Assembly: GCA_951406725.2 (NCBI GenBank)
Contig: OX597815.1
Span: forward strand, 50,964,001-51,028,000
Reading direction: 5' to 3'
Length of the DNA stretch: 64,000 nt
Origin: Octopus vulgaris
Lineage: Eukaryota
Within the stretch, counting starts at the first letter, position 1. Each line of letters opens with the position of its first letter. The notes beneath the pieces were generated by a model, which was not told where the DNA came from, did not search any database, and saw only the letters and a list, made by a program, of their open reading frames with translations. A program made the position numbers and the translations under genes. Of this stretch, positions 13,555-26,416 are shown in pieces.

Positions 13555-14330
13555 TCATGAATCCATCTATCTATGCATCTTCTCTTATAGGGACAGAGTC
13601 CTCAGAGAAACCTCTTCCATAGGGTCTTAGAGGCAACCGTCACTAACCTTTCCAGCTGGATTCCCAAATATGACCAACTGAGACTATGAATATTATTTAA
13701 CCATCTCATTCTTGGTCTCTTTCTTGGCTTAACCATCTCATTCTTTGCTTAGCATGATCAATCCATTTCCCAAACCATGTGGTTGCAGGTTCAGTCCTAC
13801 TGAAAGGTACCTTGGGCAAGTGCCTTGGCCAACCAAAGCTTGTGAGAGAATTTGGTAGACAGAAACTAAAAGAAGCCTGTTGTATGTGTGTGTACATCTG
13901 TGTGTGTGTTTTTGTGCCTGTGGTTGCCCCCCCCCCCCACCATACTGCTTGACAACCAGTGTTGGTATGTCTACATCCCTATAATTTAACAGTTCAGCAA
14001 AAGTGACCAATAGAATAAGTACTAGGCTTTAAAGGAAAGTTCTGGGGTTGATTTGTTTGACTTAAACCCTTCAAGGTGGTGCTCCAGCATGGCCACAGAC
14101 AACGGACTGAAACAATTAAAAGAAAAAGATAAAAAAAATATGATCGTAGTACCAGACTTGTGACCTCTCAATATGAAGATGCAGGCTGACCTGGAGAGAC
14201 ACCCTGATCTCTGTGCTATACACTTTATCGAGTAAGAACCCTATTTTGGCCATTTGCATTAGTGATTATAATCCTTCAGTCATCACCCAATATTCACAAC
14301 TCATTTATACAGTCAGCTTTAAAACTCAGA
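13555..14330 (-). mobile_element. RTE-clade LINE 3' fragment interrupted by SINE A (~13770-14135, +)
   Basis: Same 3' end as 4325-4470 (ccatagggtc...actgagactatgaatatt) with a simple-repeat tail; decayed RT sequence continues after the SINE. Confidence 0.6.
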
Positions 14331-14924
14331 AGTATGTGTCACTCATCAATAGGTCGATTTATTGTGCTCTACTGAGTGGTTGGTGTTAGGAAGGGCATCC
14401 AGCCTTTAAAAAAACCATGCCAAAACGGACTCTGAAGTCTGGAGCAATTTTCTGCCTGGCCAGCTCCTGTCAAACTATCCAACCCATGGCAGCATGGGAG
14501 ACAGACGTTAAATGATGATGACGATGATGATGATTTCTCAACGTCTGCAATGTTTCAGCTAATTAATCACTGGACTAGTTAATCCTTAATATTTGTATGA
14601 AAGAACAAATTATCACAGCAGTTTGCCTCAAACTGAACTGAGGATCATTTAAGCATTTGTGTTCATGCAAGAATGATAGTGTGTAAATAGAAGATAACAC
14701 AATGTCAATATACATCAAAGCTGTATACAACATCTCTTCATACAATGTATTTCTGTTCACACAATCATGGATTAGTGTGCAAGACAAAGCATACATGCCT
14801 GTTAATTAAAACAATAAAGGGTTAATATCTAAGGTAGACATATAATTGAAAATTAGTGTTTGGTGCATGTGTATATATGTATGTCCCTTTCTCTCTCTCC
14901 TTCTTTCTCCCTCTCTTTTTCTCC

Positions 14925-14964
<40 letters not shown>

Positions 14965-15078
14965 ATATATATATATATATCATACACACACACACACACA
15001 CATATATGTCTGTGTGCTCCAGCATGGCTACATCTTTAGGGTTGAAACATATAAAAGAATTATATATATATATACACA

Positions 15079-15280
15079 TACTCTTTTACTCTTTTACTTA
15101 TTTCAGTCATTTGACTGCGGCCATGCTGGAGCACTGCCTTTAGTCGAGCAAATCGACCCCAGGACTTATTCTTCGTAAGCCTAGTACTTATTCTATCAGT
15201 CTCTTTTGCTGAACTGCTAAGTTAGGGGGATGTAAACACACCAGCATTGGTTGTCAAGCGACGTTGGGGGGACAAATACA

Positions 15281-15338
<58 letters not shown>

Positions 15339-15513
15339 CATATACATATATACGATGGGCTTCTTTCAGTTTCCGTCTACCAAATCCACTCAGAAGGCTT
15401 TGGTCGGCCCGAGGCTATAGTAGAAGACACTTCCCAAGGTGCCACGAAGTGGAACTGAACCTGGAACCATTTGGTTGGTAAGCAAGCTACTTACCACACA
15501 GCCACTCCTGTGC
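15079..15513 (-). mobile_element. SINE family A, full length
   Basis: Closely similar to 7491-7881 and 21900-22312. Confidence 0.9.
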
Positions 15514-15596
15514 TTAATGATATACATGTATATCATTAGCAGATCATATATCTGAAAAAGAAAAAAAGAAACACACTCTAAAGGATAGGGCAGTAA

Positions 15597-15788
15597 TGTA
15601 TTTATATGCAGTTAAGTATATGTCCGATCATAGAGTGACCAATGATTTTGCATCCATAAAGCCCTTAGTTTTATAGATTACTCATCCACCATTAGAATCT
15701 AACAAGTCATCTATAGGCCTAAGGGCTTTATGGACGCGAAACCATTGGTCACTCTGTGACCAGACATATTCAACTGCATGTAAATATA
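15597..15788. mobile_element. MITE with ~85-bp inverted arms
   Basis: tatttatatgcagtt...agagtgaccaatgattttgcatccataaagcccttag pairs with ctaagggctttatggacgcgaaaccattggtcactct...aactgcatgtaaata. Confidence 0.8.
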
Positions 15789-15796
15789 TATGTATG

Positions 15797-15829
<33 letters not shown>

Positions 15830-16080
15830 ATAAATATAAATCAGAAATGGAAAAACAAAACAACAAATTGAACAACTATAAATTCAATTCAATTTAAATA
15901 TTTTATACAAACAAATGACACACCTCATAAAACAAATAAATAACAGGTATGTCCAGGTATCAATGCATTATGGCTGTTTCATGTAGCTCTATTTAATCGA
16001 TCAATGCAAACATTACATCAATTTCAAATAAACTCCTCTCCTCTGATGCGTACGACCATGAATCTTAAATATATATATAT

Positions 16081-16272
16081 AGGGAGAGTTTACGAAAAAA
16101 CAAAAGACGAAGACAGGTGGTGTACAAAACAAACAGATGTATTAGTATAATACTCAGGAATAGAAAAAGTCTTTTACTTTTCGAGCCTATGCTCTTCTAC
16201 AGAAAGGGACACAGAAAAAACAAGGAGAGAAATAAGGAGAGAAAAAAATGTGTGTAGTGGCTAACGATCTAA
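16081..16272 (-). mobile_element. Penelope pLTR-like repeat containing a variant hammerhead
   Basis: Homologous to 40907-41120 and 58825-59030; each abuts a (TA)n tract. Confidence 0.7.
16171..16206 (-). ncRNA. Minimal type I hammerhead-like motif (CUGUAGA core)
   Basis: CTTT CTGTAGA A GAGC ATAG GCTC GAAA AG TA AAAG. Confidence 0.55.
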
Positions 16273-16274
16273 TG

Positions 16275-16800
16275 AAACATTTCCTATACAGCCTTAAGTG
16301 GAACCTGGTCATAAAGTGGATTGGCCAAGTAATCAAAAAATGAGACAATCATATCATTTTACTCTAACTTGTGTCTGGTGTTGCTTCTACTGAGTAGACA
16401 ACAAACATTAAATTTCAGATGGCAGAATCCTAAAATACTTGCTACTGGCAAGAGAACACCCGCCACTACAACCAGTCCACCTTTGTGTCAAAGGTGTCCG
16501 CAAGACACTTCTCTATATGAACAATGAAAGGTGAGGTGATACTGCTGGTGATTGCTCCAGCTGGAGACTAGAACTAGGCAAGATTTTAAAAATGAAGAGA
16601 AGCTGATGTTTGCTGATGAAGAAAAGTAAAATCGACACAAATACAGCACCAGGACAAGACTTGCAGACACTGACTTCAAATGCAAGCATTGCAGTCAGAT
16701 TGTCTCTTAGAGATGGGTTACTACAATCACAGCAGATAGTGTTCAGACAACAATAGCAAAGCCATGTGCAGAATCTACGATCTTCTCAGTTTAATGAATG
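16275..16800 (+). mobile_element. RTE/BovB-like LINE 3' end
   Basis: Decayed translation DGRILK...LATGKRT...SSWR...ADTDFKCKHCS...NHSR, i.e. an RTE C-terminus with a zinc-finger remnant. Confidence 0.65.
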
Positions 16801-17647
16801 CCTCCATATATGTGCGTTTGCAAAAACACACACACACAAACATGTGTGTGTGTGTGTGTGTATTCATGTATGTATACATATATATGCATAACAATGCATT
16901 ACTGCTTACAACCAGAAGGATGAGAAATACTTAATACATCTAAAAGATTCTATAAATTTATTAAAATCTGAGATAATGGCAATGTGAAACTCAGAGAAGC
17001 AGCATTGTGATACATCATATATATCTTTTATCTCTTTTATTTTTTTACTTGTTTCAGTCATTTGACTGCGGTCATGCTGGGGCACCGCATTGGAGAAATT
17101 TTTAATCAAATGAATCAACCACAGAACTTTTTTTAAGCCTGGTATTTATACTCTTCTTTTCTTAAATTACTATATATTGTGCCTGTAAAGGTCTAAACTT
17201 GCTAGCCACCTTATTATTACTGTATATAATGGTAATAATATAGCTTTATATATCATCATCATCATCATCATTTAGCGTCCGTTTTCCATGCTAGCATGGG
17301 TTGGACGGTTCAACTGGGATCTGTGAAGCCGGAAGGCTTCATCAGGCCCAGTAAGATCTGGCAGTGTTTCTACAGCTGGATGCCCTTCCTAACGCCAACT
17401 ACTCCGTGAGTGTAGTGGGTGCTTTTTACATGCCACCCGCACAGGTGCCAGACAGAGCTGGCAAACGGCCACGAACGGATGGTGCTTTTACGTGCCACTG
17501 GCACGGGGGCCAGGCGAGGCTGGCAATGGACACGAACGGATGGTGCTTTTTATGTGCCACCATACATATATATCATCCCATCCATGCCAGGGGTTTTGTA
17601 ATGGTAAGATCAATGAGAAAAGTACTCCATCTGGTGTGAGATAAATA

Positions 17648-17884
17648 TTATTTGATAAATACAATATATGTATTTATGTGATATATATGTATTTAGTTAC
17701 ATTGCTGAAAGCGTGCCAGACAGTGTCTTTTAACATATCTGGTGTTGTAGTTTGTTATACCATGTGGTTAGTATCTGATCATAGTACTAAGACACCAGAT
17801 GTGTTAAAAAACACTCTTTGGCATGCTCTCATTACTTGGAATTAATAGTAACACAAAAAAACATATATTGTGTTTATTAAATAA
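17648..17884. mobile_element. MITE-like inverted repeat, right end interrupted by a Helitron
   Basis: ttatttgataaatacaatatatgt / acatatattgtgtttattaaataa and agcgtgccagacagtgtcttttaacatatctggtgt / acaccagatgtgttaaaaaacactctttggcatgct. Confidence 0.7.
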
Positions 17885-18394
17885 CTAGCAGTATCGCCCG
17901 GCGTTGCTCGGGTTTGTAAGGGAAATAACTATATAAGCATTTTTAGAGAGTTACTTCCCTTATAGATGCCAATTTGGGCTTTCTTAGCCATTTCTGTTTT
18001 GGTGTCTTCAAGCCATGAAGTCGTTCTAAAAGAACGCTGGTCTCCTTGACAACGCTTTACGACGTTGATTTCCTTACACTCCCTTCCCCACAGCTTCACG
18101 AGGGAGGGAAGAAGGGGGAGATGCAAACAGGTGCAGGTGTGACCATGGACGCCAACTCCGCCACCATCGACACACGAAAAATTATGCATTAAAATGGAAT
18201 AAAAAATGATATTAAATTATTTTTAAAATCGTAGACTCATTGTAGATGCGCGCTAATACTTAGATGGGCTCGATATGAATCACGACTATAAGATACCCGA
18301 ATTTGGTTAAACTGCACCGCAAAATGTGGGAGTAGTTAGGAATCTAAATCGAAGGGGACAGACATTCACACAACTACAGTTTTATATATATAGA
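17885..18394 (-). mobile_element. Non-autonomous Helitron, complete (510 bp)
   Basis: Minus strand starts TC (tctatatatataaaac) and ends CTAG, with GC hairpin cccgagcaacgccggg a few nt upstream; inserted between A and T with no TSD. Confidence 0.85.
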
Positions 18395-19269
18395 TATATA
18401 TGTGTGTGTGTGTTAGAAGCCCACAAAACTTTAAATCGCATGGAGCTGAATCAAGCTGTTTTAAATAATATACGCATGTGTGTGTGTGCGTGCATGTGTG
18501 TGTGTGTGTGTGTGCATGCATGCGTATGCATGTGTGTGTGATGTACATGTGTGTGTATGTGCATGTGTGCATGTGTGTGCACGCATGTGTCTGTGTGTGT
18601 GTGTGTGTGTGTGTACACATTATCATCATCATCATAGTATATCATCTATCTTCTCTGCTGCCAGGGGTCCAATGGTTTGACAGGAACCGGCAAGACAGAG
18701 AGCTGCACCGAGCTCCACTATCTGCTTTGACATATTTTCTTCCCAGTGCCAAACACTTTTGTGCTCAGTGCTTTTTACGTGGCACAAGCACTGATGATTT
18801 TTTATGTGGAACCAACACCAGTGGGGTCACCAAGTAACTTGTGAGATGAAGACTTTTCAGCTAGAAGAGCAAGTGCAATCAAGGATAGTGGCTTTGTAAC
18901 AGGTGAGAGGTTAGAGTATAACAGAGGGATAGCAATAGGAATCTTACTATAGAGAAGATACTTGGCTACCTCAGTAAGAATAGAAGGTGAAGAAGGAGAG
19001 ATAGAGTTAGAAAGAAAAATAGGGAGACAGTCAGATGTGGAGAGAGAGAGAGAAATAAATGGTGTTGCAGATGCATTAAGACCTACCCACAGGGTACAGT
19101 GGAGAAGTAAAAGGAGTACAGAGGGGATAGAGAGGGATGTTCCATAAGAGTGTGAGGAGAGATATTTAGAGATGGGGAAGAGGTGACTGTAACATGCAAT
19201 GGTGAGAGAAATTGGAGTGGCTAGAATTGGGGTCTCATGGGAAGATGGGTTGTAGGAAGTTTTGCCAAA

Positions 19270-19665
19270 GGACAGATTGTTGTGGGGAGCATAGCTATAA
19301 AGGACACGCTTGTATGTATGGATGGCCATGATTTTATTTAGCTTGACATGTCTTCTCAAGCACAGCAAATTGCCTGAAGTCTTGGTCCCTTGTAATCTCC
19401 TCTGTGGTGGTCAACATCTGAAGATCATTTCTCACTACTTTATTTCGTATCTTCATGGGTTTACTTTTTCTACAGATTCTCTCCACAGATATTGGCACTT
19501 CTTTATGCAGCGGTCCTCAGCCATATGCATTACATGACCATACTAACACAGTTTTTTTCTCTTGCACACTACATCTCAGGTTTCTTATATCAAATTTTCC
19601 TCTTGAAACATTTGCACCCTGTCGGACATGTACACTGACATTGCACATCCAGAGAAGCATGCTGG

Positions 19666-19670
<5 letters not shown>
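19270..19670 (-). mobile_element. RTE-clade LINE 3' fragment
   Basis: [37 protein letters not shown], followed by a frameshifted WYGHVM-like segment and AVLEKT. Confidence 0.75.
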
Positions 19671-19723
<53 letters not shown>

Positions 19724-21039
19724 ATATATACATATATGTGTGTGCATATATATATACATATATAAACTTACACACATACACACATACACATATATTTATA
19801 TATAAACAAATATATATACTTATACATACATATTTTTAAGTGTGCATGATTGTGTGTGTATATATATATATATACATGCATACATATACATGTATATATA
19901 TATCTGTGTGTGTATCTCTCTCGCTCACTCACTCTCTCTCTTTCTCAGTATATATAAATATACTGATATCTCGCATATTATACATTACAAGTATAATATA
20001 CATGCACATATGTACATATATATGTAAGTGTATGTGTGTGTTTGTATGTATGTATGTGTATGTGTATGTATGTATGTATGTATGTATGTATGTATGTATG
20101 TATGTATGTATGTATGTATGTAGATATGTATGTATGATGTATGTAGCTAATTATAAATATAATTAGAAAAATGACAGGTGTAAATATTGTGCCCCCTTTA
20201 ATGCGTAATTAAAATTCCCCTATAAATGATGTTTTAACATTTTTCCCTAATATAAAGAAATATTGCTGTGACCGTATGTGTGTCTGATCATTTCAAAACA
20301 AACTGATGTAACTTCTTGTAAGCTGTCTCAACTTATACAAAGCTAATACTTTAAAGAATCTACATATTTTACTCATCTGATTTATAATCTAAATTAAAAT
20401 CATAGTTAAGAAACCACCAGGTAGTTGTAAAAACAAGCAAAAAAAAATTAAATGAAATAAAATAAATATTTTTAAAAAATAAACACTGAAAACAAGGCTA
20501 ATAATCTAACCAGTGATCTGTGCAGTGAACCTAACAAGGCAGCCATTGGGTAATTCAAGCAATCAATTAAAATACTCAGCCTACTAAACAGCTAACCAAC
20601 CAACAGAGCCAACAAACTAGTAATCAAAGAAACAAGATAAAAATCGAGAAACAAAGTCAATAAATATGGGGGCCCCATAATTAAATGTCTTTGATCAAGT
20701 GTCAGTCATAGGCAATTTCACAAATTGTCATAATCATTAAGTTCTAAGGTTCAACAATCATTCCATGAAGATAACATAAAAATTGTTTGCATAAATACCA
20801 GACACCAGTTCATACACTATATTGCTGTCTCTTCATATACAAATACATACATACATAAATGTACATATACCCCTATCTCTGATACTCTCTCACTCTCTCT
20901 CTCTGTATATATATATATGCACACACATGTGTATATTCATATGTGTGTGCATATGTACATTTACAGATATATATATGTGTATGTACACATATACATGTAT
21001 GTACGTGTATGTATGTTTTTCAAATATATACATACATAC

Positions 21040-21082
<43 letters not shown>

Positions 21083-21090
21083 TATATATA

Positions 21091-21140
<50 letters not shown>

Positions 21141-21143
21141 CAC

Positions 21144-21241
<98 letters not shown>

Positions 21242-21422
21242 GTGTGCCAATAGAAGCATCAGTGCATTTTACTGAGAGGCATGTACTTAAATGTCTTTGG
21301 ATAACATTAATAATAATAATTATTTCATTATTTCTTAGACATAAAAGAAGATATTGTTCAAGAGAAGAGACAGAGCTGAGTATATCAAGCATAGTATATT
21401 ACTGCTAATAATTACATGCATG

Positions 21423-21479
<57 letters not shown>

Positions 21480-21807
21480 ACATTTATATACACACATACA
21501 CACTCACATACTTGCTAATATTTAAATCACTGCGTTGATTGGATGGCACTGTTAATTCTGAGATTTGTGTTAAAATCTATAAGTTGTTTTCATGTTATCA
21601 GGGGACTAAAAAAGGAGCCTATTTTGTGAGAGAGAAACTGGATGTATAGATTCTGTGCAGGATAAGATTATAACGCAATACCAATTATTGTATCTGAAAT
21701 AGTAATAGTGATAGCAAAATAATTCAATGGTCTAGGTTTCATCGCCCATGATGTTTGCAGGCCTTCCAAAACCAGTGAGTTTGATGCTATTAATGTTCTG
21801 TTTAAAT

Positions 21808-22470
21808 CAGTGGTTCTCAACCATTTTTTGCCTAAGAACCTTTTTGGTTCCGATTTTACTCTACCGGATCCTAATAAACATTCAATGTTTGAAAAAATAT
21901 ACTCTTTTACTTGTTTCAGTCATTTGACAGTGGCCATGCTGGAGCACCGCCTTTAGTTAAGCAAATTGACCCCAGGACTTATTCTTTGTAATCCTAGTAC
22001 TTAATCTATTGGTCTCTTTTACCGAACCGCTAAGTTAAGGGGACATAAACACACCAGCATTGGTTGTCAAGCGATGTTGGAGGGGGGGGACAAACACAGA
22101 CACACAAACATATACACATACACATACATACATATATATACATATATACAATGGGCTTCTTTCATTTTCCGTCTACCAAATCCACTCACAGGGCTTTGGT
22201 CGGCCCGCGGCTATAGTAGAAGACACTTGCCCATGGTGCCACGCAGTGGGATTGAACCCAGAACCATGTGGTTCATAAGCAAGCTACTTACCACACAGTC
22301 ACTCCCACGCCTATCGTTATAAAATATATTTTTACAATTAAATATTATTAGGAATTGCATTTTAAAAAATCATTAAAATATTTTGTGTACTATAGGAGTA
22401 TAAATAATTTTAACAGCAAAATCTTATGTGGACTCCCAAGGGTCATGTGGACCCTGGTTGAGAACTAGTG
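21808..22470. mobile_element. hAT/Charlie-like MITE interrupted by SINE A (21900-22312, -)
   Basis: TIRs cagtggttctcaacc / ggttgagaactagtg; decayed 8-bp flanks gtttaaat / ttctaaac. Confidence 0.75.
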
Positions 22471-22489
22471 TTCTAAACTGGCAAGCCAA

Positions 22490-23010
22490 CACCTGAAAGA
22501 AAGACATGAGTAGGGAGAAGATTCTGGAACGCCGATGTTTTGTAGAGAAAGAACTCAGCATACAGGTTAATGCAGGAGCAAAGGTGTAGGAAAGGGGATT
22601 CAGTCAAAAGGCACAAGGCTAGTAAAATCTGAGGAACTAAGACCATTTATAGTAACTGCTGAAAAGATAGGAAGTGGCAATGACATGCCCTCAGCCATCT
22701 TAGCAGCAAATCAGTGCACTGGGCCCAATAATATGTATTGAAAGCTATCTACAACATACATTGATCAAAACTGGGACCTTAGGTCTTTGAAACCCCCTAG
22801 GGCAGTGAGGCCCCTGGATAGCTGCCTATGTTCATGTCGCCAGCACTGGACATGCCTGTGGACCAGGGGCTGAAGCATGTTTGTGAGTGATAGAATACAA
22901 ATTTGTTGAGTGGCCTTTCCCTTGATGAGGTCAAAGATGTTTGTGTACATAGTAACAGTACCATCATAGACATGGGAGCAGTACTCCATTGTTGGATGTA
23001 GTTGAACAAC
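22490..23010 (-). mobile_element. CR1/Jockey-group LINE 3' fragment with an internal 8-bp-TSD insertion (22690-22848)
   Basis: PTMEYCSHVYDG...KATQQI...LQPLVHRH is an RT C-terminal motif; gacatgcc is duplicated at 22682-22689 and 22849-22856. Confidence 0.65.
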
Positions 23011-23638
23011 AAAGACAAACATGGACACATTAAATATCATACAGCATAAATTTCTGATTTATCAAAATTATCTCCACTTCCAAAAAAGTTAGAACAATTG
23101 CTTAGTGGCAGTTTGGACCAACTCCAAATGTGAAGGGGAGAGCCAACTTGGAGTGTAAGAAGCTAAATGCCAAAACACTTGCCTGAGGAGGGGTTCTTTA
23201 GTCAACTCTACATTAAAATTTAGCCTAACCAGAGACACCAAAGTAAGTTGGAAATATAATATGGAATCCCCTATCAGTGACTGTGAAAGAGTCCAAACCT
23301 CTAGTCAAATAAAGTTTTCCCTATTACAAGATTCACCTTTTATTTTGGATGGTTTAATAATGCAAAGATTGTGTAAAATTTGATACAGACCTAACATAAT
23401 TGTTTCAGACTCAGGCACAAGGTCAAGAATTTGTAATTTTGATGAGAGAAAGGGAGTCAATACCAAAGACCTCCAATACTGATTTGTACTTAATTCTATT
23501 GATCTCAGAAGGATAAAAGGCAAAGTTGATCTTGGCAGAATTTTGAATGCAGAACACAAAGAATCAGAAAAAACACTGTAGGGCATTTTTGTCAACTCTC
23601 TAATGATTCTTCTAGCTTGCCACTTTTCTATAGACACA

Positions 23639-23713
<75 letters not shown>

Positions 23714-23715
<2 letters not shown>

Positions 23716-24161
23716 TTTATCAATTGACATGAGTATTCCTTGCGATCACAATATAGCAGCGAAAGAATATGACAAGATCAGTAAATATAAAGACTTGCTA
23801 ATAGAAATTGAAAAAGTGTGGCATCTCAAGGTGACTACAGTACCAGTGATTGTGGGATCTCTAGGAATGATAAGAAAAGGTACTGAAACCTATTTGAAAA
23901 TAATACCAGGCTTACCATCCCTACAGGAAGTGCAAAAAATCATGTTAACTGGAACGACTCATGTATTGAGAAGAGCATTATTGCTGTGAAAACAACATCC
24001 ATTCATGAATTTAGTTATTTATTAATTTTTTTAAATACATATTTTACCTGTGAATTTGTGTGTGTAATCTGGGAATGCATACAATGAGCTTCTCTGCCCT
24101 AGGTGTACGGAAAATACTCGGCGAGAAATGGAAGAAAATTTGAAGAAAGAAGGGAAAAAAC
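23714..24161 (+). mobile_element. 5'-truncated Dong/R4-type non-LTR retrotransposon (restriction-like endonuclease C-terminus + 3' UTR)
   Basis: IDMSIPCDHNIAAKEYDKISKYKDLLIEIEKVWHLKVTTVPVIVGSLG...VLRRAL; flanked by (TAA)n on both sides. Confidence 0.85.
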
Positions 24162-24412
24162 AATAATAATAATAAGTAACAATGGTTTCAAATTTTGCCA
24201 AAAGAGCTGAAATTTTGAAGGTGGGATAAATAAATTATATTTTGGGGGAGGGTTAAGTCAACTGGTACTTACTTTATCGACCCTGGAAGGATGAAAGGCA
24301 AAGTTAACCTTGATGGAATTTGAACTCAGAACAAGAAGACAGACGAAATACTGCTAAGAATTTCACCTGGTATACTAATGATTCTGCCAGCTCACTGCTT
24401 TAATGATGATGA

Positions 24413-24460
<48 letters not shown>

Positions 24461-26024
24461 TGGTAGTAGTAGTAACAATCATAATAACGATAAATCTTGT
24501 CTTCTGCTTTGTATTTTGATTTTTGTTCATCAATGAATGTTCCTTCTACCAATTATGTAATCTTCTACTTGTTTACCATGGAAAATTCTTTCTGTGAAGT
24601 ACATCACCCTCTATCCATTCACCAACAAAAGTTCATTACCCTCATCTGTTCACCAATAAAAGTTTTGTCTACCTCTACCTCTTCTTGAACACCAATATCA
24701 TAGCTATATGATCCTTATTCTGTATTAGTCCACTGCTGGCTTTAAAATGTTCCTTCTTACCAACAGAGAAAGATCTTCTCCACATAGCTGAACATGAATT
24801 TAGATCAAGTAATGAAGGTAGTTTCTTAAAATGCCAGAAATAGCAGCTAAATCTCCCTCAACACACATCCTATCATATAAAATAATCTAAATTATACATT
24901 TGATAGAGCATTCGTGGCTGTAATCCTGTTTATTATAAATCTGCTTGATCATAGCTGGCTTGGACAAAACAACATGAATTTAGAAGCTATTTAGTATTTA
25001 TCAAAAGCAAAAGGCACACCAATGTGTTTACATTTACTATAATGGCTTCCACACATTTCAGTTGGACAGCTACAGCCTAAGCAGAATGAATTGGTTCCAC
25101 TGCACACATTTCTCTCTCTTTTTTTCATTGCATTTCATTCACCACTCCTGCCAGACTTTATACACACTATATACAACATTACATTACACTGGAATTCTTT
25201 TATCCATTGCTGCCTTTTACTAACCATCATCTCTTTTGAAAACATCACAGTCACACCCGTCTTGTACAAATAAACAATGAATCCACTAATACTTTGGATT
25301 TATCTCAGTTCTAAAATAACTTGACTGTTTAGAAGTTAAAAAAAATTTTTAATTACACACACCATGGTAAGGCTTTCATGATAATACAACCAAAGCTGCT
25401 TTTATCTTCTTCAAATCAATCGTTGGATTCACTTCAGTTAAATAATTAAATAAAAATGTGATTTACAAGTGTGGGCAAACAGCATCATTACATATGGTCT
25501 TTTTCCTACACTAAAAGATTATCTAATTTGATATGTTTCTTTAAAGCAAAGTTCCTTTAAAGACCATGGTTTGAAATAATGTTACTTGCTGTTAACCTTC
25601 AATTTTAATAGATATTCAAAGTGAAGTAAATGTCTATAAATTTTGTGATTGAGGGTCACAAAAGACAAAACTCTTAAGCTCTGATCTAAATGCAAATTCA
25701 ATAAATGAATGCAGTCACTGGAGCAAACTGATAAACTGCCTTATTTTGATGCAAACATAATGTTGATTGATTCTGAAGTAGCAACATTTGTTGGCCAGAC
25801 TGATACGCTTCATATTACTAAATTTTTTTTTTTTTTTACCATAAACTCAATCTACTTTAGAAACTGATTGAGTTCAGGAAACTCTTTGATAATTTTTCAT
25901 ATTAATAGTGAAGAGTGACAAAGGTGATTATGGCAGTGATGGTAATGATTGGAGTCTAGTGATCCATGCTAGAAACCCGAGAAGAAAAATTAATAAACAT
26001 GCTGTCTTAGTATCTCTTATATTT

Positions 26025-26416
26025 TACCTTTACCCAGTCATTGGATCATGGCCATGCTGGGGCACTGCTTTGAAGGGTTTAGTTGACAAAATCCACCTCA
26101 GTACTTACTTTTAAACCTGGTACCTGTTTTATCAATCTTTTTTACTAAATTGCTAGATGACAGGGATGTAAACAAATCAACACTGGTTGTCAAGTAGTGG
26201 AGGAACACAAATACACACACATATACATACACATGTACACAAATACACATATATACAACAAGTTTCCACACGGTTTCTGCTTACCAAATTGCCTTCGAAG
26301 GCATTGGTCGGCTTGGGGCTATAATAGAAAACACTGGCCCCAGGCATCCAGTAATGAGACTGAACTTGAAGCCACATGGTTGCAATGCAAGTCTGTTAAC
26401 CACACAGCCACACCTG
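26025..26416 (-). mobile_element. SINE family A (diverged)
   Basis: Homology to 7491-7881. Confidence 0.8.

Noticed and set aside
18802-19368. 188-aa minus-strand ORF
   Set aside because: Low-complexity pyrimidine-rich strand spanning repeat fragments; no domain.
20822-21408. ORFs up to 163 aa rich in YI/HT/CV
   Set aside because: Translations of (TA)n/(CA)n microsatellites; the same applies to the many similar ORFs in the window.
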